Shown piece after piece: positions 29,478-43,140 of a stretch of DNA of 64,000 nucleotides. The position numbers and the translations under genes are program-made. Numbering within the stretch: the first letter of the stretch is position 1; each line of letters begins with the position of its first letter. The notes beneath the pieces were generated by a model. It was not told the origin of the DNA. It did not search any database and saw only the letters and a list, made by a program, of their open reading frames with translations. Origin of the DNA: Bugula neritina (taxonomy: Eukaryota > Animalia > Bryozoa); assembly GCA_964035545.1 (NCBI GenBank), contig OZ037765.1:27961504-28025503 (forward strand). The letters are read 5' to 3'.

Positions 29478-29891
29478 GGTGGTGGTGGTGGTGGTAGTGG
29501 TGGTAGTGGTGGTGGTGGTGGTAGTGGTGGTGGTGGTGGTGGTGGTGGTGGTGGTGGTGGTGGTGGTGGTGGTGGTGGTGGTGGTGGTGGTGGTGGTGGT
29601 GGTGGTGGTGGTGGTGGTGGTGGTGGTGGTGGTGGTGGTGGTGGTGGTGGTGGTGGTGGTGGTGGTGGTGGTGGTGGTGGTGGTGGTGGTGGTGGTGGTG
29701 GTGGTGGTGGTGGTGGTGGTGGTGGTGGTGGTGGTGGTGGTGGTGGTGGTGGTGGTGGTGGTGGTGGTGGTGGTGGTGGTGGTGGTGGTGGTGGTGGTGG
29801 TGGTGGTGGTGGTGGTGGTGGTGGTGGTAGTGGTGGTAGTGGTGGTAGTGGTGGCAGTGGTGGTAGTGGTGGCAGTGGTGGCAGTGGTGGT
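29478..29891. repeat. (GGT)n microsatellite, about 138 triplets
   Basis: Nearly pure GGT with AGT/GGC variants at the ends; explains the poly-T/G/V ORFs. Confidence 0.98.
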
Positions 29892-31046
29892 TTGTAGCAT
29901 ATAGTAGGAGGTAATATTTTATCCTGTGTGAGTCAGAAGCCAGTCATACGTGCAAAATTTGTCATCTTTGAAAACAGTTCTTATATCGTCTGATCAAATT
30001 AAGTAGAAATAAATTGACTTAAGTAGCCGGTGTAGCCATTTGGTACATAATGAAGTGTGAAGCTTTTCACTTGTCAGAAAAATTATTTACCTAAGAATCT
30101 TTCTATAATGGTAATATGGTGATATAAGATTCAGTATGTTAATATACTGTTCATAATTAAACCCTTAATTAAATATACCAAATTTTATACACTTGCAGCT
30201 AAAAGATTATTTTCAACAGAGTATATATTAATATATTATATAGATGTAGATACATGTATGGTAACTTATATGAAAATCATGTGTGAAAGGTTTTTTCATT
30301 TAGATGCAGTAGTACAGTCAGAAAATGTTAATAGTTTAAGGTTTTTTACTTTTCTAGTGAAGTTTGGTTTGGGGACAGTTGAAATTTGTACGAGAACACA
30401 ATTCTATACTGCATTTCTAACCTGGAACACGGCAGGCTTTTAAAAATTATCCATTTTTGCACTTGACTCAAGTTTTTACTTCGCAAAAAATAACATTTAT
30501 TGTTCTTACACTAATTTATTTTAGAACGACAGCTAAAATATTAATTTTCTCAACCAGTTTCTAATGTTACACATGCCAGGAAAATAAAACATGCCAACAA
30601 AAATAACATTTATTGCTTTTACACTAATTGATTTTAGAACGACAATATGTTAATTTTTTCAACAAGTTTGTAATGTTACACATGCCAGGAAAATAGAATA
30701 AGCTATAAATGTCACTTTGAATATTATTTATATTTTTAATATGCTCTTACTTAAAAAAGTAAGCTGACCTATTAAATTGTCAATAAAAGTATTGATAAAT
30801 TAGCTGCAAGGTGCCCAACAAATATAGCACTGCAGTTTCTAGCTGGTATATTAAGTTTTCACAGTATTTAGGTAGGTTGCAATGTAAAGCCAGTACATTT
30901 AAGAGCTAAAGCAAATTATTATTTTATCATATGATTACAAATTCACCATATGTTAGTTCCCCTTTATAGTCTGTGTAGATAAATACAACATCAAGTAATG
31001 ATCAGTAGTTGCTAGTTGCTTCTGCTAGCCTCTTCTTTGAGCAAAG

Positions 31047-31214
31047 ATGAAATTTCTGGTACTCTTTGTTTTTGCTGCTGTGTGCTTCAGCCTGTCACTA
31101 GGAGCAGCACCTGGTGTGAGTCTCGTTTGTTTATTGTTTACCACAATCATCAAGTAAACTTGTCTTGTTGAAGATGTGTTTGGAGCAGTCCACGGTGTGA
31201 TTGGTTAAAACTAA
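31047..31214 (+). pseudogene. Deleted paralog of the secreted EMI-like gene
   Basis: Intact signal-peptide exon 31047-31115 (MKFLVLFVFAAVCFSLSLGAAPG|GTGAG); intron 1 is fused at 31166/31167 to the tail of exon 4; exons 2-3 absent. Confidence 0.85.
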
Positions 31215-32758
31215 CTTCTATCCAAACGCCAACTCATTGACTATTGCTCTCAATAAACAATATTATTAAAACACATTTCAATGCATTATAGTCATTATAG
31301 CTGCCATTGTTTGAGCCAAACTTAGTACTACCGTACATTATTAATGTTTATATGTCTCAATTGAAGTAATGAGATTTCTAGTCAACAGCAATGCAGGTAC
31401 AAGACTGGCTATTTCCAATGAACTACTATTTCCCGATTGCTTTTTGAGCAAATCTTTTTTAAATTACAGGTGTTTAAGTTCTCACCTATAGTTAATCTTC
31501 GTGTGTAAGCATGAGGTAGTGTTTCTAAGTAGATTTATAATTTCCATTTTCCAGAGAGTGAAAAGTTCATTTTCATTAAATCAATGGTCAAGCAGATATA
31601 ACACATGTACTTTAACTATAAGTCTATCACTGACCTACAATATGATAACTATAGACACAAGCTGGCTTCCTTTTCCTGTTTTGAGCTCTAGCACAAGTTT
31701 CAGCAAATGTTTGTAGGTCTAGACTCTAGCATAAAAAATCTATACCCAAACAACTGGTGAAAATGATGAGTGCCTTAAGTTTTTGATGGATTTCGGCCTT
31801 TCCAAGGGTAAAACTAGTTAATAATGCTACCCTGTGATAGTATTGTTATAACAATGTTGACTGGTATACACAATCTCATACCCTTGTAGAAAGAACTACA
31901 GAAATAATTGTATTAATTCTAAATTTCCTAAGCAACTTAGCAAAATTGTTTAATAATAAAACAGTTGTAGCCAAGTCTTTTCATGTTCCAATTATTTTGC
32001 TATGCTACAATCATATCAAATCAGTGCTATAGTCATATTAGTCTTATGCTATTGCTATAACAAACCTATACTATAGCTATTAATCTCTCACATATGGATT
32101 AAAATATTGCAGAATTGTCAAAAGATAATATTTGATGATTACTAACTTATAGTATACAAGTGAGATGTATACGAATTTATTGCGGTTGTATTTTAAATCT
32201 AGTTTTGGTATTAATTTAATCCATATAGTATTCTTATAAAAGTGTAAATAAAAACTATATCTGTTTTTATAACTCCTAGCCAACTGTTGAAAACACACAA
32301 AACACAAAATGTTATAAAGAACTGCTGCTAATATCAGAATTTGGTTTTTATTATAAAAAAGAAATCTACCTGAAACTATGTATTTAATATATATTTGATT
32401 ATTATTATATAATATGCAATTTTCGTCTTAACATCACAGAATGTGAAGAATGATGTAAATAAGTTGAGATGCATTTTCAACTCAACACAGGGGTGGTTTA
32501 TTTATTTCAAAAATTAACACAAATGATGTATATGGTCAGAATAGTATTGCCATCAATGGGCAACATTATGCTAAATTAGTGTTATTAAGCTACGGGAACT
32601 ATTTCGGAATCTGCATATTATAGAGCAGTACTTGGAGACATAATATCCTGGAAAGGTGCCAATTAATAGATGGCTAAAATAGCAACACGAGCTGCTGTGC
32701 GTCATGGTTTTCCGTAAGTGCAGTAATGGTGGTGGTTTGTATCATATAGAAGATATTA

Positions 32759-33046
32759 CCCCCTATTCACACTTACCGTACCATAGGCCATAACGTAAAA
32801 TATCAGACATTTTTAATGTGTCTGAGCTGAAGTTTTCCAAGTTTGCTATTAGGTACGATCTATGACACTTCATTGGACAATTATATCCAATGAGTTGACG
32901 CAAAAGTTTTTCCGTCCAACAGTAGCCCGCCGCAACTTGTTTGAATCAAGCAGTGTTTGATCCTACCGTACCATAGCTCAGACATTTGCAAAAATGGCTA
33001 ATATTTGCTGTTACAGCGTACGATACGGTAAGTGTGAATGAGGGGC
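32759..33046. mobile_element. MITE (Harbinger-like TIRs)
   Basis: TIRs CCCCTATTCACACTTACCGTA / TACGGTAAGTGTGAATGAGGGG; empty site in copy A near 29910; TSD not cleanly resolved. Confidence 0.8.
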
Positions 33047-33732
33047 AATACTTCATCCTATGTGAGTCAGAAACTAGTCAACAGCACCACATGCAGTCAT
33101 ATGCCAAAATTTGTCACCTTTGAAAACAGCCGTTATATCGTCTGATCAAATTAAGTAGGATTGAATTGACTCAAATAGCCCTTGCAGCCATTTGGTACAT
33201 AATGAAGTGTGAAGCTTTTCACTTGTCAGAAAACTTATTTCACAAGAAGCTCTCTATAATAGTAATATGGTGATATAAGATTCAGCTTCTTAATATATTG
33301 TTCACAATTAAACCTTCAATTAAATGTACCAAATGTTATGCATATAGCATTTTAATATATCATTTATAATAATGCTATTTGTGGCAGGAGAAAAATGTGT
33401 ACCAGACATCACTTTGGGTATTGAGTTTATGTTTTTTAATATGATCTTATTTTAAAAAGTAATCCAAATCAATTATATCGCCAGTAAAATTATTAATAAA
33501 TTAGCTGCGTGTTGCTGAATAAACATCATGGCAGCATCCAGCTGCAGTATATTGAGTAGATAGGTTGCAGTGTAAAGCAATACACAGCAAAGCAGTATGT
33601 CTAAGAACTAAAGCAAATTATTATTTTATCATATGATTACAAATTCACCATATGTTAGTTCTCTCTTAGTCTGTGGAGATAAGTACAACATCAAGCACTA
33701 GTTACTTCTGTTAGCCTCTTCTTTGAGCAAAG

Positions 33733-35046
33733 ATGAAATTTCTTGTACTCTTTGTTTTTGCTGCTGTGTGCGTCAGCCTGTCATTAGGAGCAGCACCCGG
33801 TGTGAGTCTCGTTTGTTTAAATTGTTTACCACAATCATCAAGTAAACTTATCTTGGGCTATTCTACATATTATATTCAGTTCTGAAAACTTGTTTTCTCA
33901 ATAATTGTATAGAAAATACAAAACAACCTTGGTATTATTAGTATACACATTTGCAAACTATTTACAAAACAAAGGCTTAATGTTGTTGGTATTCTGATTA
34001 ATTTTAATATTCTCTTCTATAGCAAATTGGATTTAATTCATACATGTATATGTTGTTATACAGGACAACACGTGCTGTGTGAACCAACCACCTCCCCGAC
34101 AAGTTGTAGAAAAAATCCGTGTTGATACTAAATACAGGCAGGCTACAAAGAGCTCTCGATACAATACTAAGTGTGGAACTTGGGGTTGGAGAAGATGCAC
34201 CAGATACCGAGCTTACACAGTGTAGGTGTGCATAAAGCACTTTTCTTTTTTTGTTTTACACACAATTCATTTATGTTTACCAGCTTCATAAAAAGGTTTG
34301 AACAAAATATTCACATGCTTGTGGTATTAAACTGAAGCTAAGCAACCATATGGATCAATTTTTTATTGTATGAATAGTATGCCCCAGAAAATAAAAAAAT
34401 AATTGTGCTTTACAACTTGCAATAATCATAATATTTGGCTTTACTTGGACCTCAATTAGCAGTATTTTTACAAATAATAAAGCAGTCAGTGAAAACCAAG
34501 TTAAAACGATTTAAAATTTCAGTTTTGACTTTTGGTTTCAATCATGCATGCACAGCAACTCTGTGACTGCACTGTCTGTTAAGATGTTAACATGTGTTAC
34601 TTTCTTTAGACAACAATCCTACAAGTTTGATGTTTATGCTACTAAATCGTACCCACAACCTTGCTTAAAATATGCCTGCTGTAATGGCTACACAAGTCTG
34701 AAGGGTGTTTGCTATGGTAAGCATTTTAGAAACTTGGACTCCATAAAAGTGCAGCCAAATAAAATAGTTCAAGAAAGTTTTAGCTTTTTGTGCCCCTCAA
34801 ATTTTATTTATTGGTTTTAAAAACACTAGCCAACTTTGCTAAAGATATATAAAACTTTTGTGTTTTTAAAATGATTTTCCAATACTTAGCTAATAAAATT
34901 TACTTATGTTTAATTTTGTAGCAAACCACGAGTTAGGTCAAACAGTTGGCCATGTTGCTGATATCAAAGATGCTTTGGGTGGAATAGGAAACGTAGATGT
35001 TGGAGATGTGCTTGGAGCAGTCCATGATGTGATTGACCAAAACTAA
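33733..35046 (+). CDS. Small secreted cysteine-rich protein, EMI-domain-like (152 aa, 4 exons)
   Basis: Exons 33733-33801, 34064-34221, 34610-34716, 34922-35046 with GT-AG sites and phases 0/2/1 in one stop-free frame; signal peptide MKFLVLFVFAAVCVSLSLGA; CGTWGWRRCTRYR and CCNGY motifs; AATAAA at 35088. Confidence 0.88.
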
Positions 35047-36057
35047 TTTTTATCCAATTAGTGCTTACCAATTAAATCATTGCTTTCAATAAACAATATT
35101 ACTAAAACATGTTTATGAATAATATTCATAGCAGCCATTGCTTGAGCCAGCAGTACAACTACATAGTTGTTGTGTTCTGTCTCTATTGAAAATACAAGAT
35201 TTCTATTCAACAGCAATGCAGTTGCAAGATGGATTATTTATTATAGATTGTTATTTCCCGATTGATTTTTCTGAGCAAATTTTTTGAGCTACAGGTGCTT
35301 AAATTCTCACCAACTTCTCTGGTTTTCATGTGTGGGCATGAAGTAGTGATTCTATATAATATAAGCAAATTTAATTCTGTTCTCCATGCAGAAAACTAAA
35401 CACTGATATCAATTGTTAAGCAGATAATACAAAACCCGCATCTACTTTAATTATAAGTTTATCACTGATACACCAGATGGGTATTGAAGCTGGCTTCTAC
35501 TTCCTGTTTTAGGTTGTAGCACAATTTCTAGCAAATATTTGTGAACCATCTATACTCAAGGCAAAAATGGAAAGTTTGTTAGTTTTGAATTTCAGAGTTT
35601 CCAAAGATAAAGCCTATAATAAAGTATGTTGCACTGTGATAATATTGTTATAACAATGTTGACTGGTATACCCAATCTCAAAGCCCTTTTATGCAATATT
35701 AAAACTATAACTATCAAATTAGTTCTGAATGTACCAACAACAACAATTTATTGTTATATTTAAATAAAAAATCTTGGCTTAGTCTTTTCATGTTATCAAT
35801 TATTTCATTATAAACCTATGCTATAGTCAATCAGATTTATGCTATAGCTATATCAGATCCATGTGCTATAATCGTATTAAAATGATGTCAGACTTATGCT
35901 ATAGCTATACTGCTCACACATGGAATAAACTATTGCCACATTGTAAAATGTATTTAATGATTACCAACTCCTAGTATATGAGAAATATGTATACAAATAT
36001 ACTGAGGTGGGAGTTTAAATCTAGTCTTGGTATTAATTTGATCTATATATTCTTATA

Positions 36058-36251
36058 GTATGGAGTGCCAAATGGTCAAAAACTCACTTGAATAATAGAC
36101 CTAAGAGCATGAGTAATGAGGGTATGAGAGCAAATTATAGACCTATGAGAGCGTTTTGTGCGCATATGAGAGAGAATAATGGTTAGATACTTTATTGTAA
36201 GCATACAAGATGTAATAATAAATGAATTTTTGACCATTTGGCACTCCATAT
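36058..36251. mobile_element. 194-bp MITE with TATA flanks
   Basis: TIRs TATGGAGTGCCAAATGGTCAAAAA / TTTTTGACCATTTGGCACTCCATA; TATA on both sides; empty site in copy A near 32235. Confidence 0.88.
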
Positions 36252-37086
36252 TATAGAAGGGAAAATAAATTCTATCTGTTCTTATAACTCCTAGCCAACT
36301 GTTGAAAGCTCACAAAACCTATAAAATTGTCAAATATGAATTTTATTTTTATAGAAAAAAACGAAACCTGAAACTATTCAATATATATTTGATTACTACT
36401 ATACAATTAGCACTTTCCATCTTAACATAACAGAAATATCACAATATGAAAAATGATGCAAATAAGTTAAGATACAGGTATGGTTTATTTATTTCAAATA
36501 TTAACACAAATGATGCATGGTCAGAATATCATTGCCACTAATGACTAACAGTACAAACTTCTACGTATTTTTAAAACTTTGCTTGAATACAATGAAAATT
36601 ATGTTAATAATATCAACAATTAAAACTTGAAAAATAATTTTTCTTATAATATACCTCAAGTAATAGCTGCTACATAAAGATACTTTCAAAAATCTATATT
36701 TCAGACATTTAAATTTAATTTAATTCTGAAACCAATACACAGTTACTTTAAATTGTATTTTGTTAATACCTAAAACTGAATTTAGGTTAACATTTAAGTA
36801 AATGGGTTGAGTATTGACCCCCTCCAACAGTTTAGTAAACAGCAGGCTTTGGCCAAATGGATACTCAACTATCACAACCACAATTTAAATTTCATAACCA
36901 GATGATTGCAATGCCAGTCAAAAAAAAATCATGAAAATAAAAAATAACTGCTGCTTTACAAAAATTGCCAATAAACAGTGTAACTAGTTAGATAGCTAAC
37001 AGATATGGCTAGTAAACACGATGAAGATTTAGAAAATATGTTTACTAAAAAAATATGGAAAAAAATCAGGGTAAATATAAGTTAAG

Positions 37087-40000
37087 TTAAGTTGGTGGCA
37101 ATGAAGAAACTAAAAATGCAGGGAATAAAAGCTGACAGTTCATATCGGCATTGTGCTTAACTAAAGAATTCTCTCTGTAATACAGAACTAAGTCTAAGAG
37201 TGTTGGATATGAAGAATAACCCCCTCCAAAGCAGTAGCCATCAGCAGATTTCATGATTTTACAGTGAACCACTGAGCCAGCCTTGTTGCTACAAGTTTTC
37301 AACAGCAACATTTAAAGCATTTTTAAAACAAGGAGAAGTAAACAATTTAATATTGATAAAAAAGTACAACTTTTAAGCAAATTAGGAGCAATAAGCATCA
37401 TTACACAAAAATAAAAGAACCGTTGTATAAATTTAACTATGTATTTTACAGAAAAATTCTCAACTATAAATACACAAGTATAGTGTAATGCTGAGAAAAA
37501 CTGCAGTAACCAATCTATTGTCCAGCCAATCATTCATGTTAATAATCCAAGTAGTATTAGGGCCAATGTTAGTAATGGTTGTGAAGAGTTATCTTCCTTC
37601 TTCAGAGTCAAGGGCACATAACTAACTCAACTTAATAATGCTAAAAATCTGGCCTTGGTTATATAATAAATCAAAATTTAATAGCTATATACAAGTCTAT
37701 CGGTTTTTTAAAAGAATCAATTTTGCAATTTTTGAGAATCAGGTTTATTATTTTGGCCGTCTTTGATTGTTCATGTAAAAGAATGAAAGATTAAAAACTC
37801 GCTGTTTTATCAACTTTGTATTTCACTATGTTAATTGTTTTCCTTTTCACATGTATTTTGTCCATGAAAATAAAGACACAAGTTTCTGGGCATTAAAATG
37901 GAAAGTTATGAAAATTGTCTATCAAGTAGTTGTAAAAGCTTATTATCCGACGTTTTGAGCCCAGATTTTAGATATTGAGCGGAATTTTTAGTAGAATTTT
38001 CATGTTTGCGATAATGAAGCGCTTTTCTCACAAAACAGACATAATATACTACTAGATTCTCATAGTATAGGCTATAACACACTAACATTACACATGTGGG
38101 TAACTATCTGCAGTTGAACATTTCCTAGAAACTTTATTTTATATCAAAGACTCACACAGCAGATAACGCACACTCCAGCTCGGACTTCCCGCGGATAAGG
38201 AAGGTGCCAGACTTTTGCCCGGTCAGGACATTGACAGCTATAGAGCGGTCCATATTGTTGTGATACCAGGTCCACGTCTCTGTGTGAGGGATCACTGCAT
38301 CAGCTGCATTAGCATGGACCTCTTCTACTTGCGCATATCTGAAGTGAAGACTTAGCAAACTTAGCATGGGTGAATAAACTCCACAGCAAATAATATAAAA
38401 ACGATCAAATCTTTTAAAAAATAGAAATAAAACGTTCAACCAAAGCAGTATTTTGAGCATTAGTGACAGTAACTGTCAGCCTTCAGGATTTGCTTAAATG
38501 ATATATTGATTGATTGATTGATTGATTGATTACATATCACAGACCTGAAAATACGTTGTGAAATTCAAATATATTTTTAGTTATAACAAACAGTGCTTTA
38601 ATATATAGAGAAAATGGATGACGTCAACTTACATGTCCTCATCATCTGACATGGTACCATAAACAGGCTCATCAGTTATACACCATATTCCATTAATTTT
38701 TTCAACATGGTGATGATTCTTTTCCAATATACTATAATAGAGGTTGGACAATTGCCAATATTCCACGTATATTATTAGGAGTAAATATTAATTAAAAATT
38801 GGTTTTTTCCCCCATCGTCTATGAAGTACTGATTTATTTGCATACAGAAAATTAGGCCAAGAGTAAGTGCACAGGTATGTAGAGAAGACATGCAAACTAT
38901 AACTAAACACTTCATAACTGCAAAATATAACTCACAGCTCACATGAATAAAAATGCAAAAAGTGTTTTATTGTTGCAGTGTAATTAGGATGAAAATCCTA
39001 GATGCAACTCTTACCTTCTAAAGTGTTCACACTTGTTGTCTAGAGCCTTGATTTCAGGTTTCATAGCATTGACTTGCGCAATCAACTCCCTGTTAGCAAA
39101 AGTCTTCTCCTGAATTGCCCTTTCAAGACAATCCTTAGTCAGGATAAAGGACTGTAGCCTCTCTTCTAACAACAGGCTGTTCTTCTGACATCTGTCAAGA
39201 CACATTAGCATCAACTACCTTGTGCTAACCACCAAAATAAAAACACCATCTTCTAGATAATAAACTATTTTGATACATATAATATCAATGAAACATTTGT
39301 TAAATATTTGATGAATAATTAAAAGATATTGCATGGTGGTTAAACTTTTTCCAAGCTTTTACCAATTTTTAAACCAGATGAGCAAATATGAAAACCATCA
39401 AAAAACTTTCTAAAATTACGAGATAGGCTATCGAAACAATTTGGTGCACAAAAAGTATACAAAATTATTCCTATTATGTCAACCACACAAAGTTCACGCA
39501 GACAAATTACCATGCAAAGCCAATGGTGAGAGTAAAATAAGGTGAGTTGATCAATGTTTAGTTGTAACCCACAAACTTCTATTCCATATATGCAGCTGCC
39601 AAATAACTTATAACACAGTGCAATGATATGTAAAGCTGATTGAATGTCGACATTAGACAAACATACTAACCCTGCAATTCCATCAGCTGGTGCATGACTT
39701 TTAGTTTTCGCCAACAAAAGCATTTGTTCCTCGAAGACTTTGATGCACGCCCTGACAGAAGTTGTGGCCTCAAACAGCTGCTGTAGCTTTTCACTGGAAA
39801 CTTTTTGCTGGTCCAGAAGCTTTTCAAGCTCTGATATTTTCTTTTTGTGCTCTTGGTTGACTTTACAGAGTTCATTATAGATATGACTATCATCAGTTGG
39901 CACTTCAGTCTGTAACAGAAAGTATAAACTACTAGACTATGAATATTCCAACTACAGGTTACCTTAGCATAGCTATAGCTGAATGCTGTAATCTTCACAA

Positions 40001-41388
40001 GCTAGATGTAGTTCATATCTGAATTAACTGTTATGTCAAATTAAGTAAAACAACTCATTAGGTCTGGTTCATTGTCTGGTTCATTGAAATATAAAAGTTA
40101 AGAATTAAAAAAATCTGAAGTGGCATTTACCTGTTCAGCCTTACACTGTGTAAGTACAGAGCATTTAATTAAATAAGTTATGAGTATAACAGTGCAAACA
40201 CTTATTCAAATTAGTTTATTGTACCATTACAACTTGTACTTGAAAATATTCATTTAAAATATAAACTCATGAAAAAGCCGCATCATTACAATTATTATTT
40301 ATCAACCGATTATTTAATAACAGAAACACATAAATTTAAAAAACAAATGGGAGTTGTCTTCACTTTTGAAGAGAATAGATGTATTTTAATTAAAGTGATA
40401 GAATCACCAAGTTTAGATGGTACAGGACTTTTTATACTATGCAAAATAAGCAAATTTTAAATAAATCAAACAAATTTTTTCATAAATAATTTTTTTCAAA
40501 TAATTGTACCATTAAAACATCTTAGTTTATTAGCAAATTAACCTATCGAGTTAAAATTATTGCGTTTGATACTTTATCAACAAAACCTACACAATTGCAA
40601 AACAAACTTTTTCACAATTTAAACCTTAATTTAAAAATTAATAATGACAAAAATTTACTTTGAATTCCTGGCTTATAAGTATGTTTAGTTCTTTACTTGA
40701 TAATATAGAATACAGTGTAGTTGTGACTTCCAGTGAGTAAGAGATATTTATAGATATGTACATACCAACTGATTATCTACTGGATAGTCGAGAGTACAGT
40801 CTAACTGTGCATTATATTCAGCCAAAGAACAGTGACAGTAATATTCAATCAAGTCTTGAATTGCGTCATAAGTGTAAGGCTCAGTGAGTCCATACTTGCC
40901 GTTTCGATGATATATTTTTATAAGACGATTTCTATGACCTTTTCTAAAAAATAAGCAGCACTTTTCAATGAAAGACGGACAAAGCACACACTTTACACAT
41001 GCAACCACTACTGAATATGGTATGTAGTGACTAGTGACTACTCACCTCAGAGTTAGAGTGTAATCTCCAGCAGTAGCAGCCTTTCTCACAAGGAAAGTAC
41101 CGTCTGAGGTGTTACTCAACAGCTCCTGCGCTTCCTCCCTGCAACACACTTATAGATATACTTATACAACAAATATATGATGTCACGGAGAGCAGAAACG
41201 CTAAACGGGTAAAACGCTAGTGATAAGAAAATCATAAAAAATTACCCATATTATATTAAAATTAGGTCCAGTGAGAACTTATCACGTACTGTTTAAAGTA
41301 TAAACTAGCACACTCCTCAATAAGCATAAGTTACTTGCCTAGATATGTCTCCCCAATACCAGGGATATTTCTTCAGAGTTTCTTCCAT
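37087..41388 (-). CDS. Short class IA PI3K regulatory subunit (nSH2-iSH2-cSH2; p50/p55-like)
   Basis: Exons 41388-41339 (GC donor), 41138-41046, 40943-40766, 39909-39671, 39191-39015, 38731-38633, 38338-38156, 37288-37087. [54 protein letters not shown], coiled coil, GTFLIRG..ALSAV, LLDLVLYYRENSLVKHN. In-frame TGA three codons upstream of the ATG. Confidence 0.9.
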
Positions 41389-43140
41389 TTTAGGTCAATG
41401 AATTTTTTTTCTTTTAATTTTATAACTTGTCATCTCTTATATACGGAGGAAAAAGCACAGCTCACCTGCTGTACACAGTATTATTGTAAGAACTGTTGTG
41501 AGATAATTCCACCAAACATAGTTTAGCCATGCATCTTATTACTTAGTAGCACTTCTGTCTAAAACAGCAATCACAATGACAATGTTTAGTAACAGTGTGA
41601 GGTGACATAGGAAGAGCAGATAAGAGAATGAGCTTGTCACTAATTTAAATTACTAATTTTTTTTAGCAAACTAACAGTAAACGTAACTCTATGAAAACGT
41701 AAGTACTGACAATAAAATAAAATTTATTTAGTACTTAACTAATAGTAATAGTAATACTAATACTATAGTAAAACTAAATGTAATAAGTAAATGTAATACT
41801 AATACTAATAGTAATACTAATAGTAATAGTAATTCACTAACTACTTCAAATTCAAAAATAATTCGGAACTTTCTTTAACTATAAGTATATGGATATCTCA
41901 TATCTGGGACTACTACTAGTTATATATATCACTCAGAAAGTGAATATAATATATACCAAATCGAATGGTAGTTGGTTAAGGCGGAAGTTTTGTTTGGACT
42001 TTTCCAAAGGATTAAAGTTCACGCTGCACTTTTCCTAGTTCGCTGTAATAAAAAAAAAACTTGATTAGCTGTGCGTCCAGTTGCACGACAAGAGAAGACA
42101 ACTGCGTAATTTCATAAATAATTATGGCATATTAGGCCAATATTATTCTTAAGCTGAGGGCTCTTGTAAAAGACTCAACTTCCAGCTGTGGCGTTTTTAC
42201 ATTTTATTTTGTTATCAAAAGATTATAGCATAAATTTTCCTGCTAACTTTAATTAGGTGTTTCTCGATCCATTTGCAGTGTAGGCTTATGTAGTAAGTGA
42301 ATGTGAAGCGGAAAAGAAGAAGAAATTAGGAAATGTGGTTTATGCAGAGTAGCTACTCAACATATGGATTATATGATTATATATATTTTCATTGTCAACA
42401 CTATATAATTAAAAGTGTGTGTTATTTCATCCATTACACATAACATCATACTTGATTGCTCCTTGTTGAGAAGCTTGCTCTCATAGGAAAAATCAAAATT
42501 TTAAAATTTGCAAATAAAAAATTATGCTTTTATAAATTATTAAAAAAATGTAGGTTATAGACGAAACATGGGCCAGAAAAGAGCAGGTACTCTATTAATT
42601 TACTCATATTTTTAAGGTAAATTTAACAAATCCTATATAATTAATGCTCTCTTGATATCTCGTATGGAGCTGCACTTTACTAACAATTATATAGCATAAA
42701 TGATTTGACTTCTATGTACTAATATTCTTAAGTTGCGTTTATACCTTCACGATTTTCGGTCAAAATTTCAATTTGGCCGGGTTGAAATTTCTCCGAGTTG
42801 CATTGCATTGTAAAAGCCACCCGTTGAAATTTTTGTACTGTGATAACTTAATCGGCCAATTTTAGAATAGGAGTAATAACTCCTTGTAAACATCGTTATT
42901 TAGTTATTACTTTGGCGATTAGACAACGTACTTATACGGTTATAATTATATAGCCTACGCCTTCTCAATTATCGCTTTTATGCTTTCCGCTTCACTAATT
43001 CACGACGTTTACAAAGGGCATCAAATAGCTATTATGCGAGTCAAATTTCAATTTCAGAAAGTGAGCAACCGCATCAATATGATTTCAACGAGTTTCGGTT
43101 TGACTATAAAGGGGTACCCGGACAAGCATTATTAACTTAA

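Larger units (their letters stand above)
29317..32560 (+). repeat. Tandem segmental duplication, copy A
   Basis: Colinear similarity with 32561-36545 throughout (GCAGTACTTGGAGACA, CATTTGGTACATAATGAAGTGTGAAGCTTTTCACTTGTCAG, ATAACTCCTAGCCAACTGTTGAAA). Confidence 0.9.
32561..36545 (+). repeat. Tandem segmental duplication, copy B
   Basis: See copy A; B retains the intact gene and carries two MITEs absent from A. Confidence 0.9.

Noticed and set aside
29436-29904. Poly-Thr, poly-Gly and poly-Val ORFs
   Set aside because: Reading frames of the (GGT)n microsatellite.
33855-34998. Apparent 1.1-kb transposon insertion in duplication copy B
   Set aside because: Contains in-frame exons 2-4 of the secreted gene; it is a deletion in copy A.
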